From the IMG/VR virus record IMGVR_UViG_3300015214_000031, positions 1 to 64,000 of that record: a stretch of DNA of 64,000 bases, one strand, 5' to 3'. Of the stretch, positions 8,051 to 17,511 are shown one piece after another (within the stretch, counting starts at the first letter, position 1; every line of letters begins with the position of its first letter). The position numbers and the translations under genes were made by a program. This DNA comes from a virus (taxonomy: Duplodnaviria; Caudoviricetes). Below the pieces are notes generated by a model, which was given only the letters and a program-made list of their open reading frames with translations, did not search any database and was not told the origin of the DNA.

Positions 8051-8697
8051 TGACACCAAAAGAATTTCTTGATTATTTAGAAAAAAATAAAGTCCCACCA
8101 AATGAGATTGATGAAAAAGAAAGAGGCATACTACATAAGAAATATTATAATGATTATAGTAAGCTAAAAGCTTTTTATGAAATAAAGTATAAAATACAAA
8201 GAGTCAATTGTATGTATGCTTTAATTGATTTGAAATGGACAAAAGGTCTAGCAGATTGGATCAAAAATAGAAAGTGTCTTGAAATTCAAGCAGGAGTAGG
8301 ATGGTTAGCAAAAGCATTAAAGCATCATGGTATTGATATTATTGCTACAGATAATTATTCATGGGAATCAATAAAACAAAGATCATCGTCTAAAATATTT
8401 CCAGTATTTAACATGGAAAGAACGGATGCAATAGATCACTATGAGAATTGGGCAGATATACTTATTATTTCCTGGCCTCACTTTCATGACTCAGAAATTG
8501 TGAGCATTTGTAAAAAATGGAGTAAGTTAGTTATCTATATTGGTGAAGGTAATGGAGGTTGCTGTGCTTCAGAAGAGTTCTTTGATTACTTTGAAGAATT
8601 GGAAGACAGCCCTATAATTAAAAATCCTTCATGGGAAGGTGTGTATGACAATGTTCGCATTGGTACGTTTATAAATAAAAAGGAGAATAGAAAATGA
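8050..8697 (+). CDS. SAM-dependent methyltransferase-fold protein
   Basis: LEIQAGVGWLAK motif I, IATD, SWP, YIGE...GCCA; TAATG coupling at 8050. Confidence 0.65.
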   Translation: MTPKEFLDYLEKNKVPPNEIDEKERGILHKKYYNDYSKLKAFYEIKYKIQRVNCMYALIDLKWTKGLADWIKNRKCLEIQAGVGWLAKALKHHGIDIIATDNYSWESIKQRSSSKIFPVFNMERTDAIDHYENWADILIISWPHFHDSEIVSICKKWSKLVIYIGEGNGGCCASEEFFDYFEELEDSPIIKNPSWEGVYDNVRIGTFINKKENRK

Positions 8698-8888
8698 AAA
8701 AAAGAATTATAACTACATATGGATTTCATGAACTTTCTGATTCTGTAAAAGCTAAGGTTTTGGAAATGAAAGTTGAAGAAACTATGCAAATAGCTAAATT
8801 TGCAAAGAATATTGGAATTAATTTATTTGATTATGGACCCCAAAAAAGAAAGCCTTCTATTAAAAAAGGCAGAACTAAAGCACAGTAG
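8694..8888 (+). CDS. Hypothetical protein
   Basis: ATGA overlap; AAGGAG RBS. Confidence 0.6.
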   Translation: MKKRIITTYGFHELSDSVKAKVLEMKVEETMQIAKFAKNIGINLFDYGPQKRKPSIKKGRTKAQ

Positions 8889-8947
8889 ATCAAAAGAAAA
8901 AAGAGAAAGCAAACCCATATATCTAAAAAGAAAAATAGGGGTAGAAA

Positions 8948-9223
8948 ATGAAAAGACTTCAAATTGAATTGACTGTAGATGAACAAAATATTCATTTCTC
9001 TGATGAAAAACTATTCAATGCTTTCAACAAGGCATTGGGGAGAATGATTACATATGGATTTAGATATAGTCAAAAAGAAGAAATTAAAATCAGGGCAGGT
9101 GTTTATTTAAATCCTGATGGAAGTGTTAAAGAAATACTTTTCGTATATGACACTGAAGGACACAAATTCACTGTTGGTGGCGTACCAAACAAAGAGGGAA
9201 CAGATTACACTTTCAATTCATAG
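8948..9223 (+). CDS. Hypothetical protein
   Basis: ORF with AGGGG RBS. Confidence 0.65.
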   Translation: MKRLQIELTVDEQNIHFSDEKLFNAFNKALGRMITYGFRYSQKEEIKIRAGVYLNPDGSVKEILFVYDTEGHKFTVGGVPNKEGTDYTFNS

Positions 9224-9237
9224 AAAGGAGAAAACAA

Positions 9238-9420
9238 ATGCCTAAGCATTTTCATAAACCTTGGACAAAAGAAGAGTATATCAATGATATTCTAGATCAT
9301 AATCTCAAAGTTAGAGATGAAAATGATTATACAAAGTTGGAAAAAGGATTAAGGAAGCTAACAGTAAATGAGTTGGGAATATTGAACCACTATATTCTGG
9401 AAACTCACAAAAAGAATTAG
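9238..9420 (+). CDS. Hypothetical protein
   Basis: GAAAGGAG RBS. Confidence 0.65.
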   Translation: MPKHFHKPWTKEEYINDILDHNLKVRDENDYTKLEKGLRKLTVNELGILNHYILETHKKN

Positions 9421-9481
9421 TAATTTACAACTACTAACAGGAAACCTGGCGGCCTTGATTTTTGAAAGGAGAATATATAAA

Positions 9482-9862
9482 ATGAAAGAATACAAATTCT
9501 TTACAGATTGTACTCAATGTTATGGAGAACCATTTGAATCTCTCTTGTGAGTTATGATTGAAGATGCTCAAGAAATAACTTATAGAACATTTACTAAATA
9601 TGTTTCTGTGGATCATGTTCGTTCAATTTTACCGGGTGTATTTGATAAACACCCTAAACAGGGTCTAACTCTGAAATCGGCCAGAGGAATTTCTTTTTAT
9701 AAAAGTCATTGGGAGTATGAAACCGTATACTATCTTGTTTATTCTGGAATTGAATTTATATTTAGAAAAAACTGGAAAACAAATAAATTAAGCTATATGC
9801 AACAAAGGAGTAAAATAAATGAAAATAAAAATAATCAAAAAACCATTTTACAGTTCAAATAA
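9482..9862 (+). pseudogene. Phage protein with an in-frame TGA at 9548-9550 (nonsense or readthrough)
   Basis: Strong RBS before ATG 9482; 22 codons, then TGA, then in frame with track ORF 9554-9862, whose ATG has no RBS. Confidence 0.5.
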
Positions 9863-10019
9863 GATTTGGTTTACAATTACATTATTTCAAACGGAAGAGG
9901 ATTGGATAAAAGGAAAAGGAATAAGGATTGCGAAAGCCAAGAGTGAAGGAGTAGCATCCATTATTGCTAACAGTCTACAGGAATATTACAATCATTATTA
10001 TTGTCTTTATATTTCATAA
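9819..10019 (+). CDS. Hypothetical protein
   Basis: AAAGGAG RBS. Confidence 0.65.
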   Translation: MKIKIIKKPFYSSNKIWFTITLFQTEEDWIKGKGIRIAKAKSEGVASIIANSLQEYYNHYYCLYIS

Positions 10020-10057
10020 CTACTAACAAGTAACCCACAGACTTTAAAAAAAAATTC

Positions 10058-10318
10058 ATGAAACCTAGATTAAAAATAAAAGGTCAGAGCAAAATTAAAT
10101 ATTGGGAACATAAAGAAGGCAAAGAAGATGAAGTGTTTCTTGGCTTGTGTAATGACATTCTTTATGATACAATAGCTTGGAAAACAAAACGGAAAGGAAA
10201 AATAAATAGTAAAGGTAATTACCCATTGTTCATTAAAAGAAAAGAACTTGAAGAATATGACAAAGAAAAGTTTCAATTAAAAGAGGAATTAATTAAAAAG
10301 AAAAGGAGAAAGCAATGA
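10058..10318 (+). CDS. Hypothetical basic protein (MKPRLKIK...)
   Basis: ORF with ATGA overlap to the next gene. Confidence 0.55.
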   Translation: MKPRLKIKGQSKIKYWEHKEGKEDEVFLGLCNDILYDTIAWKTKRKGKINSKGNYPLFIKRKELEEYDKEKFQLKEELIKKKRRKQ

Positions 10319-10830
10319 TTGAAAAGTTTTCCAAAATAGTCCATATGAATGATAAAAGTTTTGTGTCTATATCTGAATTACCCGATAGTATTCTCTGTAT
10401 TCAAGCAGGTACACTTGATTCAGATAAACTACATAGAGCAGAAATGAGAATTTCAATACAAGCAGCAAAAGCTATAATTGGCATTTTAAATGAATATTTT
10501 ATTTTAGAAGAAAAGGAATCAAAAATGAAAAATACCAATGAAGAAATTCTTAGAATAGAAACTAAGAATAAAATAAAAAGGATTGAAGAACTTCAAAATG
10601 ATATTATATACCTTCTAAAAAATGCTGGTGATTTAGAAGATTTACACATAAGTCTTGAAGAAAACCATGATTTATTTGATATGACTAAGTATTTTGATGA
10701 TCCTGATTTTGATGATACCAATGATATTGATTTCTTAAAAAAGGAATATACAAATTCAAAAATATTAGGAGCACAAATGCTCAATGATTTGGAAAAAGAG
10801 CTACAAAAATTAAGTGAAGAGGAATATTGA
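10315..10830 (+). CDS. Hypothetical protein
   Basis: AAAGGAG RBS. Confidence 0.65.
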   Translation: MIEKFSKIVHMNDKSFVSISELPDSILCIQAGTLDSDKLHRAEMRISIQAAKAIIGILNEYFILEEKESKMKNTNEEILRIETKNKIKRIEELQNDIIYLLKNAGDLEDLHISLEENHDLFDMTKYFDDPDFDDTNDIDFLKKEYTNSKILGAQMLNDLEKELQKLSEEEY

Positions 10831-10831
10831 A

Positions 10832-11023
10832 ATGGGATACAAGACTAAAGAAGACAATATAAGGAAAATCATTGCCGATATTCCTGAACCTCTTCATAGA
10901 AAGTTCAAGAATAAGGTAAAGAATCGTAACTTAACAATAAGGAGAGTTATTGAAAATTTAATTTATCAATATAACCAAGGAAAAATTACGCTTGACAAAA
11001 CATATGAAGACATGGTTGAATAG
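10832..11023 (+). CDS. Ribbon-helix-helix (Arc/ParG-like) DNA-binding protein
   Basis: IIADIPEPLHRKFK.....LTIRRVIENLI beta-helix-helix pattern; GAGGA RBS. Confidence 0.65.
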   Translation: MGYKTKEDNIRKIIADIPEPLHRKFKNKVKNRNLTIRRVIENLIYQYNQGKITLDKTYEDMVE

Positions 11024-11344
11024 GAACCTTGAATGGGGGTTAAACCAACAATCAAACTTCCACGATGGAAGGCTTATCTTTATGACCTGATGAATCGAAT
11101 CAGGATTTACAGACAAATCAATAATCATAAAATATCTTTCGGATTAGATTCGGGAGATGGTAAGATCATTTGGGATCTTCTTATCCGATTTGGGAAAGGA
11201 GGGATATTAAGAAAAACAAGGACATTCATTTTAAATGAATATGTAAAAACCTGTGAAGAAAACATTGCACGATTAACAAAAAAGGAGTATAAAGTTGCAG
11301 TCAAGTTGTCAGTCATAAAAAAGTTAAGAGTAGAGGAGCTTATT

Positions 11345-12364
11345 ATGGAAATAAAAGAACTAATCCCTTTTGCAGAAGAAGTGGGGATGAAAAAGGGAGA
11401 CATTAAAGCATGTGATACAGCAGAGGATTTGGTTAGAGAGATCGTAAGCAGGATTGATTACAATCGTGAATACAGTCCTGCTTTCGGTACTTTCTATAAC
11501 AATTTGGATGCTCAGAAATATTTTGTATCCAATAAAAGCAAGGAAGAAAAAACTAACACAAAAGAAGAGGAGAAAGAAATGAGCAAGGTGGATCTGGATG
11601 CATTGCGTGATGAAATTGAAGATGCCGATGACAGGGACGAACTTATTGAAATTCTGGACAATGAAGATTATGAAGATCTTTTTGAAGTAAAGAAATTGAA
11701 GAAGGAAAAGAAGTATAAGAAGCTAAAGGCTTTGATGCTTGAAGCTCTTGAAAGTGATGAAAGTGATGACAATGGTGACGAAGAGGAAGATGATGGTAAT
11801 GGAGATGAGAATGGTGAAGTAGAAGCAGCAATTGAAGAAATCAATGCTGCCGAGGATTTGGACGATTTGAAGGGAATACTCAAAGATGAAGATTATGAAG
11901 ATATTTTTGAGGATATTTCCGCAAGAGGCAAAATTAAGTTTGAAACTCTAAAGGCAAAAATGCTTGCTGCATGTGGTGTTGAATCTGAAGAGGATGAAGA
12001 GGAATTGGAAGTAACTCCAAAGCTTATTAAGGAATTGGTGAAGGCAAAAGATACTGATAAGCTTATGGAGATTGCTAAGGGTCTTGATGTAAAGATTGGT
12101 AAGTTTCAGCAGAGATCACCAAAGAAGATCGGTGAAATTTTGATTGAAAAGCTCTCTGGTGCTGAAGAGAATGAAGAAGAGGTAAAGAAGCCTAAAAAGG
12201 AAAAGAAAGAGAAACCTGCTAAGAAAGAAAAGAAAAAGGATTCCTCTGATTCATTGTATTCCGCTCTTGAAGAAATGGTAGACGAAGACATGGATGATAG
12301 TGATATCATTAAGAAGGTTAAAAAACTTCTCAAGGTCATTCATGCAGAAAAAGACGATGAATAG
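11345..12364 (+). CDS. Highly acidic protein with an internal duplicated helical unit and Lys-rich tail (frame open from 11033)
   Basis: GAGGAG RBS before ATG 11345 and again before ATG 11579. Confidence 0.7.
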   Translation: MEIKELIPFAEEVGMKKGDIKACDTAEDLVREIVSRIDYNREYSPAFGTFYNNLDAQKYFVSNKSKEEKTNTKEEEKEMSKVDLDALRDEIEDADDRDELIEILDNEDYEDLFEVKKLKKEKKYKKLKALMLEALESDESDDNGDEEEDDGNGDENGEVEAAIEEINAAEDLDDLKGILKDEDYEDIFEDISARGKIKFETLKAKMLAACGVESEEDEEELEVTPKLIKELVKAKDTDKLMEIAKGLDVKIGKFQQRSPKKIGEILIEKLSGAEENEEEVKKPKKEKKEKPAKKEKKKDSSDSLYSALEEMVDEDMDDSDIIKKVKKLLKVIHAEKDDE

Positions 12365-12386
12365 AATATGATTAACTACTAACTGT

Positions 12387-12420
12387 ATACACCCCTTTGG
12401 AGAAATCTGAAGGGGTGTAT
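12387..12420 (+). terminator. 11-bp hairpin between the acidic protein and the polymerase
   Basis: atacacccctt / aaggggtgtat. Confidence 0.6.
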
Positions 12421-12440
12421 CTTTATGAAAGGAGAATTAT

Positions 12441-15095
12441 GTGTTTTATTTTCCAGAAGAAAACAAGAGTGAGGAAAAACCAAAAAAGAATATAAAAGAA
12501 TATAATTGTCAGACCTGTGGATTATATAAAAAAGCCCATACACCTAAAATGCAAGTTACCATTGGAAAAGATTACAATGGGTTGGTTATTGTTTCTGATT
12601 ATCCAGGAAAAAATGAAGATGAAAAAGGAATACCATTCGTAGGTAAATCAGGAAACCTCCTACGAACAATTGCATTAAAAAACAAAATCAATCTTGCTAA
12701 GAAATCAGCCGTTACTTATGCACTATCCTGTAAACCAGACAGTAAGAAGCCTTCTGAGACATTATTCAAATGTTGTAAATCTTTACTTCATAAAAGAATA
12801 AAACAACTAAAACCCAAACTGATTATTTGTTTAGGTGAACACGCCGCCAATGCAATTATTCGATCAAGAAAAAAACAGGCAATATCAAAACTCAGAGGGA
12901 GATTGATTCCTAACTATGAGTTTGATTGCCTTGTATATATTTCCTTCAGTCCTTCTGAATTATTTTATAAAGATTCAGAGGATAGATTTGATAAAACCTT
13001 GGAAACAAGTTTCCGATGGGATATGGAAAAAATCTTCAAACTTTGGAATACAAAACTTTACAAAAGAAAGGTAGTAAAGAAAACCCTTGAGAAAAGAAAA
13101 ATACTAGAAGGAATTCAATTAAAGGAAATAAAAACAAAATCAGAACTGGATAAGGTTATTGAAGAACTATATAAGAATGGATCATTTGCTTTTGACTATG
13201 AAACAACTAATTTAAAACCATATGATGATGACTTTCAAATCTACTCTTGTCAATTTGGAATAAAAGATAAAGCATGGGGGGTATACTTTCCACATTTTAA
13301 AGATATCCAATATTTAAAATCAACTATCTACAGGATATTAAGTGACCCTGAAATCAAAAAGTATATCCAGCATGACAAATTTGAAGAAGTTTGTTCCAGA
13401 AGATTATTAGAAAAACCAGGAGAAAGAATACTCCAAAATTCATTCTGTACTATGGTTGCTAATCATATTGTTGAAGCAAAACAAAAATGCTCCAACTTGA
13501 ATTTCATGAACTTGGTAAGATTTGGAATTCCTGAGTATGATGAAAAAACACATAACTTTTTAAAACCAAAATCTAAAACGGATAAAGTAAATAGAATTCA
13601 TTTGGTAAAACCTGATGATTTGCTTCTTTATGGGAACCTTGATGTAATAACAACTTATAACCAAGGAATTGTTTTAGATAATAATCTTCTTAATGAAGGA
13701 AAATACAGATGGTGTTATGAATTAGTTCATGATGCCCATTTGAATTTTGCAGATGTTGAAGAAGAGGGATTTCCAGTTAATAAAAAGAAACTAGATGAAT
13801 TAGATAAATACATAACTGATTTGATGGACGATCTTATTGAACAAATAGGCAAAATTCCAGAAGTAAGAAGATTTTTAAAGAAAATAGTTAAGGAGGGCTT
13901 CAAAGAAAAGAAAGATGGTCAGGGAGGGTTACTTGGATCATTTTTAAGAAGTCCTAAAGAACTCCAAAAATTTCTTTATGAAGAATTAAAACTTACTCCT
14001 ATAAAACAGACTAAAACAGGAAACTCAACCGATCAGGATGTAATTACAGAACATGCAGAAAAAGATAGTGTTTTATTCTGTAAATTACTTGCTAATCACA
14101 GAAAACTTTTTAAGGCAAAAAGCTCATACATTGATAATATAAGAAAAAATTTGAATGATGATGGAAAAGTTCACGGGTCAATAATGGTATTAAATGAGAC
14201 GTTTAGAAGCTCAATTGCAGATCCTCCATTACAAACAGTGCCCAAGCATGGAAGTATTATTGAAAATGTTCCCTGGAAAATCATTAGGGAAATATTTGAA
14301 TTAGAGGATACTGAATATCTTCTTGGTCAAGTTGATATGTCAGGATGGGAATTGACTGTAGGAGCAGCAGTATCGGGAGATAAGGCTTTCATCGAAGATG
14401 TAAACAATATTGATATCCATGCTTATTGGGCAAAAAGATTATTTGGATTTGATAAAACACTTGAAGAAATAAAGAAACTTTATAAACCATATAGGCAAAT
14501 ATCTAAAAATGTTTTTGTATTTGCTGGAATGTATGGAGCAATATTTACAAGTATTGCAAGAGACATGAGAACATATGAAGAATATCTTGAATATTGTAAA
14601 AAGATTTACAGAAAATCAAAAACAAATATGGAATTTATGGATTGGGTTATTCCTTTTTCAGAAAATCATGTTGAAAATTGTCAGAAAGATTTCTATGGAA
14701 AGTATAAAAGACTTCGTGAATGGCAGGATGAAGAAGTTACTCTTTATTATCAAAATAAATATGTAGAACTTCCGATGGGATTTAGAAGACATTATCCATT
14801 AACAAGAAACGAAATAATTAATACTCCTATTCAGGGAACTAGCTTTTTGATTATTCTTGATTCATTCAATAAAGTCATGACTGAACTTAAAAAACGTAAA
14901 ATGAAATCAAAAGTTATTTTGGAAACACATGATGATATGACATTCAAAGTCTATAAACCTGAAACTTTGGATTTAATTGAAATGGTAGATAATATAATCT
15001 TGCACCCACCGTTTGATTTTATGAAGGATTTGAATGTAAAATCAGAGTGGACATTTGGAAGATCATTAAACAAAATGAAAGAAGTTCAATTTTAA
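12441..15095 (+). CDS. polA: Family A DNA polymerase with N-terminal family-4 UDG-like domain and 3'-5' exonuclease
   Basis: UDG: CQTC, DYPG..ED..G.PFVG.SG. ExoI: FDYETT. Motif A: DMSGWEL. Motif B: RQISKNVFVFAGMYG. NTPIQG. Motif C: ETHDD. Confidence 0.95.
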   Translation: MFYFPEENKSEEKPKKNIKEYNCQTCGLYKKAHTPKMQVTIGKDYNGLVIVSDYPGKNEDEKGIPFVGKSGNLLRTIALKNKINLAKKSAVTYALSCKPDSKKPSETLFKCCKSLLHKRIKQLKPKLIICLGEHAANAIIRSRKKQAISKLRGRLIPNYEFDCLVYISFSPSELFYKDSEDRFDKTLETSFRWDMEKIFKLWNTKLYKRKVVKKTLEKRKILEGIQLKEIKTKSELDKVIEELYKNGSFAFDYETTNLKPYDDDFQIYSCQFGIKDKAWGVYFPHFKDIQYLKSTIYRILSDPEIKKYIQHDKFEEVCSRRLLEKPGERILQNSFCTMVANHIVEAKQKCSNLNFMNLVRFGIPEYDEKTHNFLKPKSKTDKVNRIHLVKPDDLLLYGNLDVITTYNQGIVLDNNLLNEGKYRWCYELVHDAHLNFADVEEEGFPVNKKKLDELDKYITDLMDDLIEQIGKIPEVRRFLKKIVKEGFKEKKDGQGGLLGSFLRSPKELQKFLYEELKLTPIKQTKTGNSTDQDVITEHAEKDSVLFCKLLANHRKLFKAKSSYIDNIRKNLNDDGKVHGSIMVLNETFRSSIADPPLQTVPKHGSIIENVPWKIIREIFELEDTEYLLGQVDMSGWELTVGAAVSGDKAFIEDVNNIDIHAYWAKRLFGFDKTLEEIKKLYKPYRQISKNVFVFAGMYGAIFTSIARDMRTYEEYLEYCKKIYRKSKTNMEFMDWVIPFSENHVENCQKDFYGKYKRLREWQDEEVTLYYQNKYVELPMGFRRHYPLTRNEIINTPIQGTSFLIILDSFNKVMTELKKRKMKSKVILETHDDMTFKVYKPETLDLIEMVDNIILHPPFDFMKDLNVKSEWTFGRSLNKMKEVQF

Positions 15096-15108
15096 AGGAG
15101 GAATTATT

Positions 15109-15321
15109 ATGGTATTGGTAAATGATAGAGCAAAAAGAGAATATATGGAAGCTATTCAGTCTACATTAAATAAAATTTATGAAAGAGGGGGAATGAAAAC
15201 CAGAATCAAAATAAATGAAGAGAATGGTTTAACTATTGATACAAATCCAGAGGAAAAAGATGAAGCTATTCCAATCATGTTTAAAGTCATGGAAGAATTT
15301 GGATTGAAAGCAAATGGATGA
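15109..15321 (+). CDS. Hypothetical protein
   Basis: AAAGGAGG RBS. Confidence 0.7.
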   Translation: MVLVNDRAKREYMEAIQSTLNKIYERGGMKTRIKINEENGLTIDTNPEEKDEAIPIMFKVMEEFGLKANG

Positions 15322-15736
15322 AAAAATATTTGTATTTAAAATTCAAGGGAAAGAATATGCCATTTTAGAAATGACCAACGAGGTTTCCATACAAATACTA
15401 TCTCTTATAGAGGAAATAAAAAAATCTACAAGTTCTTTAGATGTTTATCTGAAATCGTTGGAAATAATTAAAATGGTTGTATTAAAAATTGAAAAGGATA
15501 ATCTTCCACCAAGTTTTTCAATGTTTTCAAATAAAAATATACTTTTAAATATTAATGAACAAGAGCTATTAAAGTGGAGTTCTAAATTAACTATCAAAAC
15601 TGTTCAAATGATTGTTCAACTTGCTTTAGGAAATGAGTTAGAGGAAAACAAAGAATTGGATCTGCTAATATTAGATAAAGAAAGTGATTTCAAAAGAGAT
15701 AAAGAAAGTGATTTCAAAAGAAGGTTACTAATATGA
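15314..15736 (+). CDS. Hypothetical protein ending FKRRLLI
   Basis: Overlapping ORF; 24-bp tandem duplication at 15673-15720. Confidence 0.6.
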   Translation: MDEKIFVFKIQGKEYAILEMTNEVSIQILSLIEEIKKSTSSLDVYLKSLEIIKMVVLKIEKDNLPPSFSMFSNKNILLNINEQELLKWSSKLTIKTVQMIVQLALGNELEENKELDLLILDKESDFKRDKESDFKRRLLI

Positions 15737-16164
15737 TAGAAGTGATGTTAAGTGAAAATGGGATACATTTTGATTTAATTGGAATTACTAATGGATATGA
15801 AATGAAGTATGAATACCCACAATCTTATTGCACAATTTTTAGTTATGCACCAAAACAATTAATCTTTTGCCTTTATATTTCAAATAATCTTTATATAGCA
15901 ATAAAAGATAAATTGCTTAATTGTTATAATAAGATTATACAACTTAAATTTAGAAGTAATTACTATGAAGGTTTTATTAAAATAATTACAATGGAAGTAC
16001 ATAATGAAGTCTTTTATTGTGACTGTATTTTAGACAATGCTAAAGAAATTGATAATAAAGATTCTGAGTTATATTTTGGAAATGTAACAGATTTCAAAAT
16101 GGACACAAAGAAAGAGAAACCAAAAAAGGAGGAAAAAGTATACAAAAAAAGATTGCTAATATAA
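15733..16164 (+). CDS. Hypothetical protein ending YKKRLLI
   Basis: ATGA overlap. Confidence 0.6.
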   Translation: MIEVMLSENGIHFDLIGITNGYEMKYEYPQSYCTIFSYAPKQLIFCLYISNNLYIAIKDKLLNCYNKIIQLKFRSNYYEGFIKIITMEVHNEVFYCDCILDNAKEIDNKDSELYFGNVTDFKMDTKKEKPKKEEKVYKKRLLI

Positions 16165-16171
16165 TTTTTGC

Positions 16172-16200
16172 TTGACTGACGTAAAGATTTGTACTAACAT
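16172..16200 (+). promoter_or_regulatory. Putative sigma70 promoter for the AAA ATPase operon
   Basis: TTGACT, 17 bp, TAACAT; GACGTAAA directly after the -35 box. Confidence 0.5.
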
Positions 16201-16244
16201 CATACCTAACACAACAAAACCCAACGAATGAAAGGAGAAAAGCA

Positions 16245-17201
16245 ATGGATGTTACAAAGTATCTACGAGCAGGATATCCAATTATCCTCATTGAAACAAT
16301 GGAAGTCAAAAGAGCAGTACAGTCTATCATTACATCACCATTCACTATCAATAATAATGGAGAACAAGTAGAAATCAATCCTAAGCTCTACAAATGGAAT
16401 ATCTATGATGGTATCTATGGAGAGGAAAACTTTCCTGATATACAAGAACCATTGGGAGCAATTCAAAAAGCTGTTGAGGATTTCAATATCTCTGTTCTTG
16501 TTCTTGAAAACTTTGATTACTTCATTCAACCTGAAAATGAGCTTGCTTTCCCAATATCACAAAGAATCCTTAATGATTTTCAAAAACTGAAATCCAATAA
16601 TGTTTTGCTTTGTATTGTAGGTACAGATCATAAATGTTTGTCCTGCTTGGATAAAGTAATTACAGTATTGGATTTTGATCTTCCTAAAAAGGAAGAGTTC
16701 AGGCAAAAAGCAAAGGAGATGGCAGAGGAAAGAAGTATTGATTACAAAGAGGATACTGCTGATGCTTGTTCTGGATTGGGATTAGAAGAAGGTGAAAATG
16801 CTCTAGCTCTTTCCATTATTGAAAATGATGGTGTAATGGATAAAAGCACTGTAATGAGAATGAAAAGAGAAATGATTAGAAAAACAGGCTTTATGGATTT
16901 TATGCAACCTGAACCACTGGAAAATATAGGAGGACTTGAAAACGCCATTGAATATATTAATCTAAGAAAAATGGCATGGTCTACACCAGGATTTCCAAAA
17001 TTGAATTCTGTATTCCTTATCGGAGTAACAGGATGCGGTAAAACTTTATTTTCCAAAGTCCTCTCTTCCATATTTGATTTTCAATTAATTCTTTGGGATG
17101 TAAACGGATGCAAGGGATCACTTGTAGGTGAAACAGAGAAAAATATGAGGGTATCTACAAAGACAATTGATGCATTTGGTCCATGTATAATTCTCGTGGA
17201 T
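16245..17201 (+). CDS. Ycf46/SpoVK-like AAA ATPase, exon 1
   Basis: Degenerate first AAA domain; IGGLE; Walker A GVTGCGKT; ends at CIILVD, halfway through Walker B. Confidence 0.85.
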
Positions 17202-17511
17202 TAAGATAAAACTTTGTTCACGTTAAACTCTTCTAATTGCTGGAAACTCCTTAGAGCCTGATAAACTACAACATAATCTGAAAAGATAATTGTGAATGTA
17301 TAAAAATTATCAGGATTGGACAATCAGCAGCCAAGCACCTAAGATCATTTGATTATGGTGAAGGTTCAGAGATCATCCCAAAAGGGAGTAGACTTCAAGT
17401 GAAGTCGAAATGGAGAGCAATTGAATACATTGTATTCAATTGAAGATATGATCCGATCTTACTAGAAATAGTAAGAGGAATAACGGAAACGGTTATTCCG
17501 TAACATAGATG
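17202..17511 (+). ncRNA. Group I self-splicing intron (IA2-like, 310 nt, no endonuclease ORF)
   Basis: P aattgctggaaa 17235; Q aatcagcagc 17322; R gttcagagatcat 17364; S aagatatgatcc 17443. P1 pairs cgtggat with gttcacg, giving U.G at the splice site. Terminal G at 17511. Removal restores ILVD|EIEK. Confidence 0.93.

Noticed and set aside
6824-9550. Selenocysteine insertion at the TGA codons at 6824 or 9548
   Set aside because: No convincing SECIS just downstream of either; readthrough at 6824 meets another stop within 12 codons; no redox-motif context
15673-15720. 24-bp tandem duplication (DKESDFKR x2)
   Set aside because: Simple slippage duplication with no sign of function
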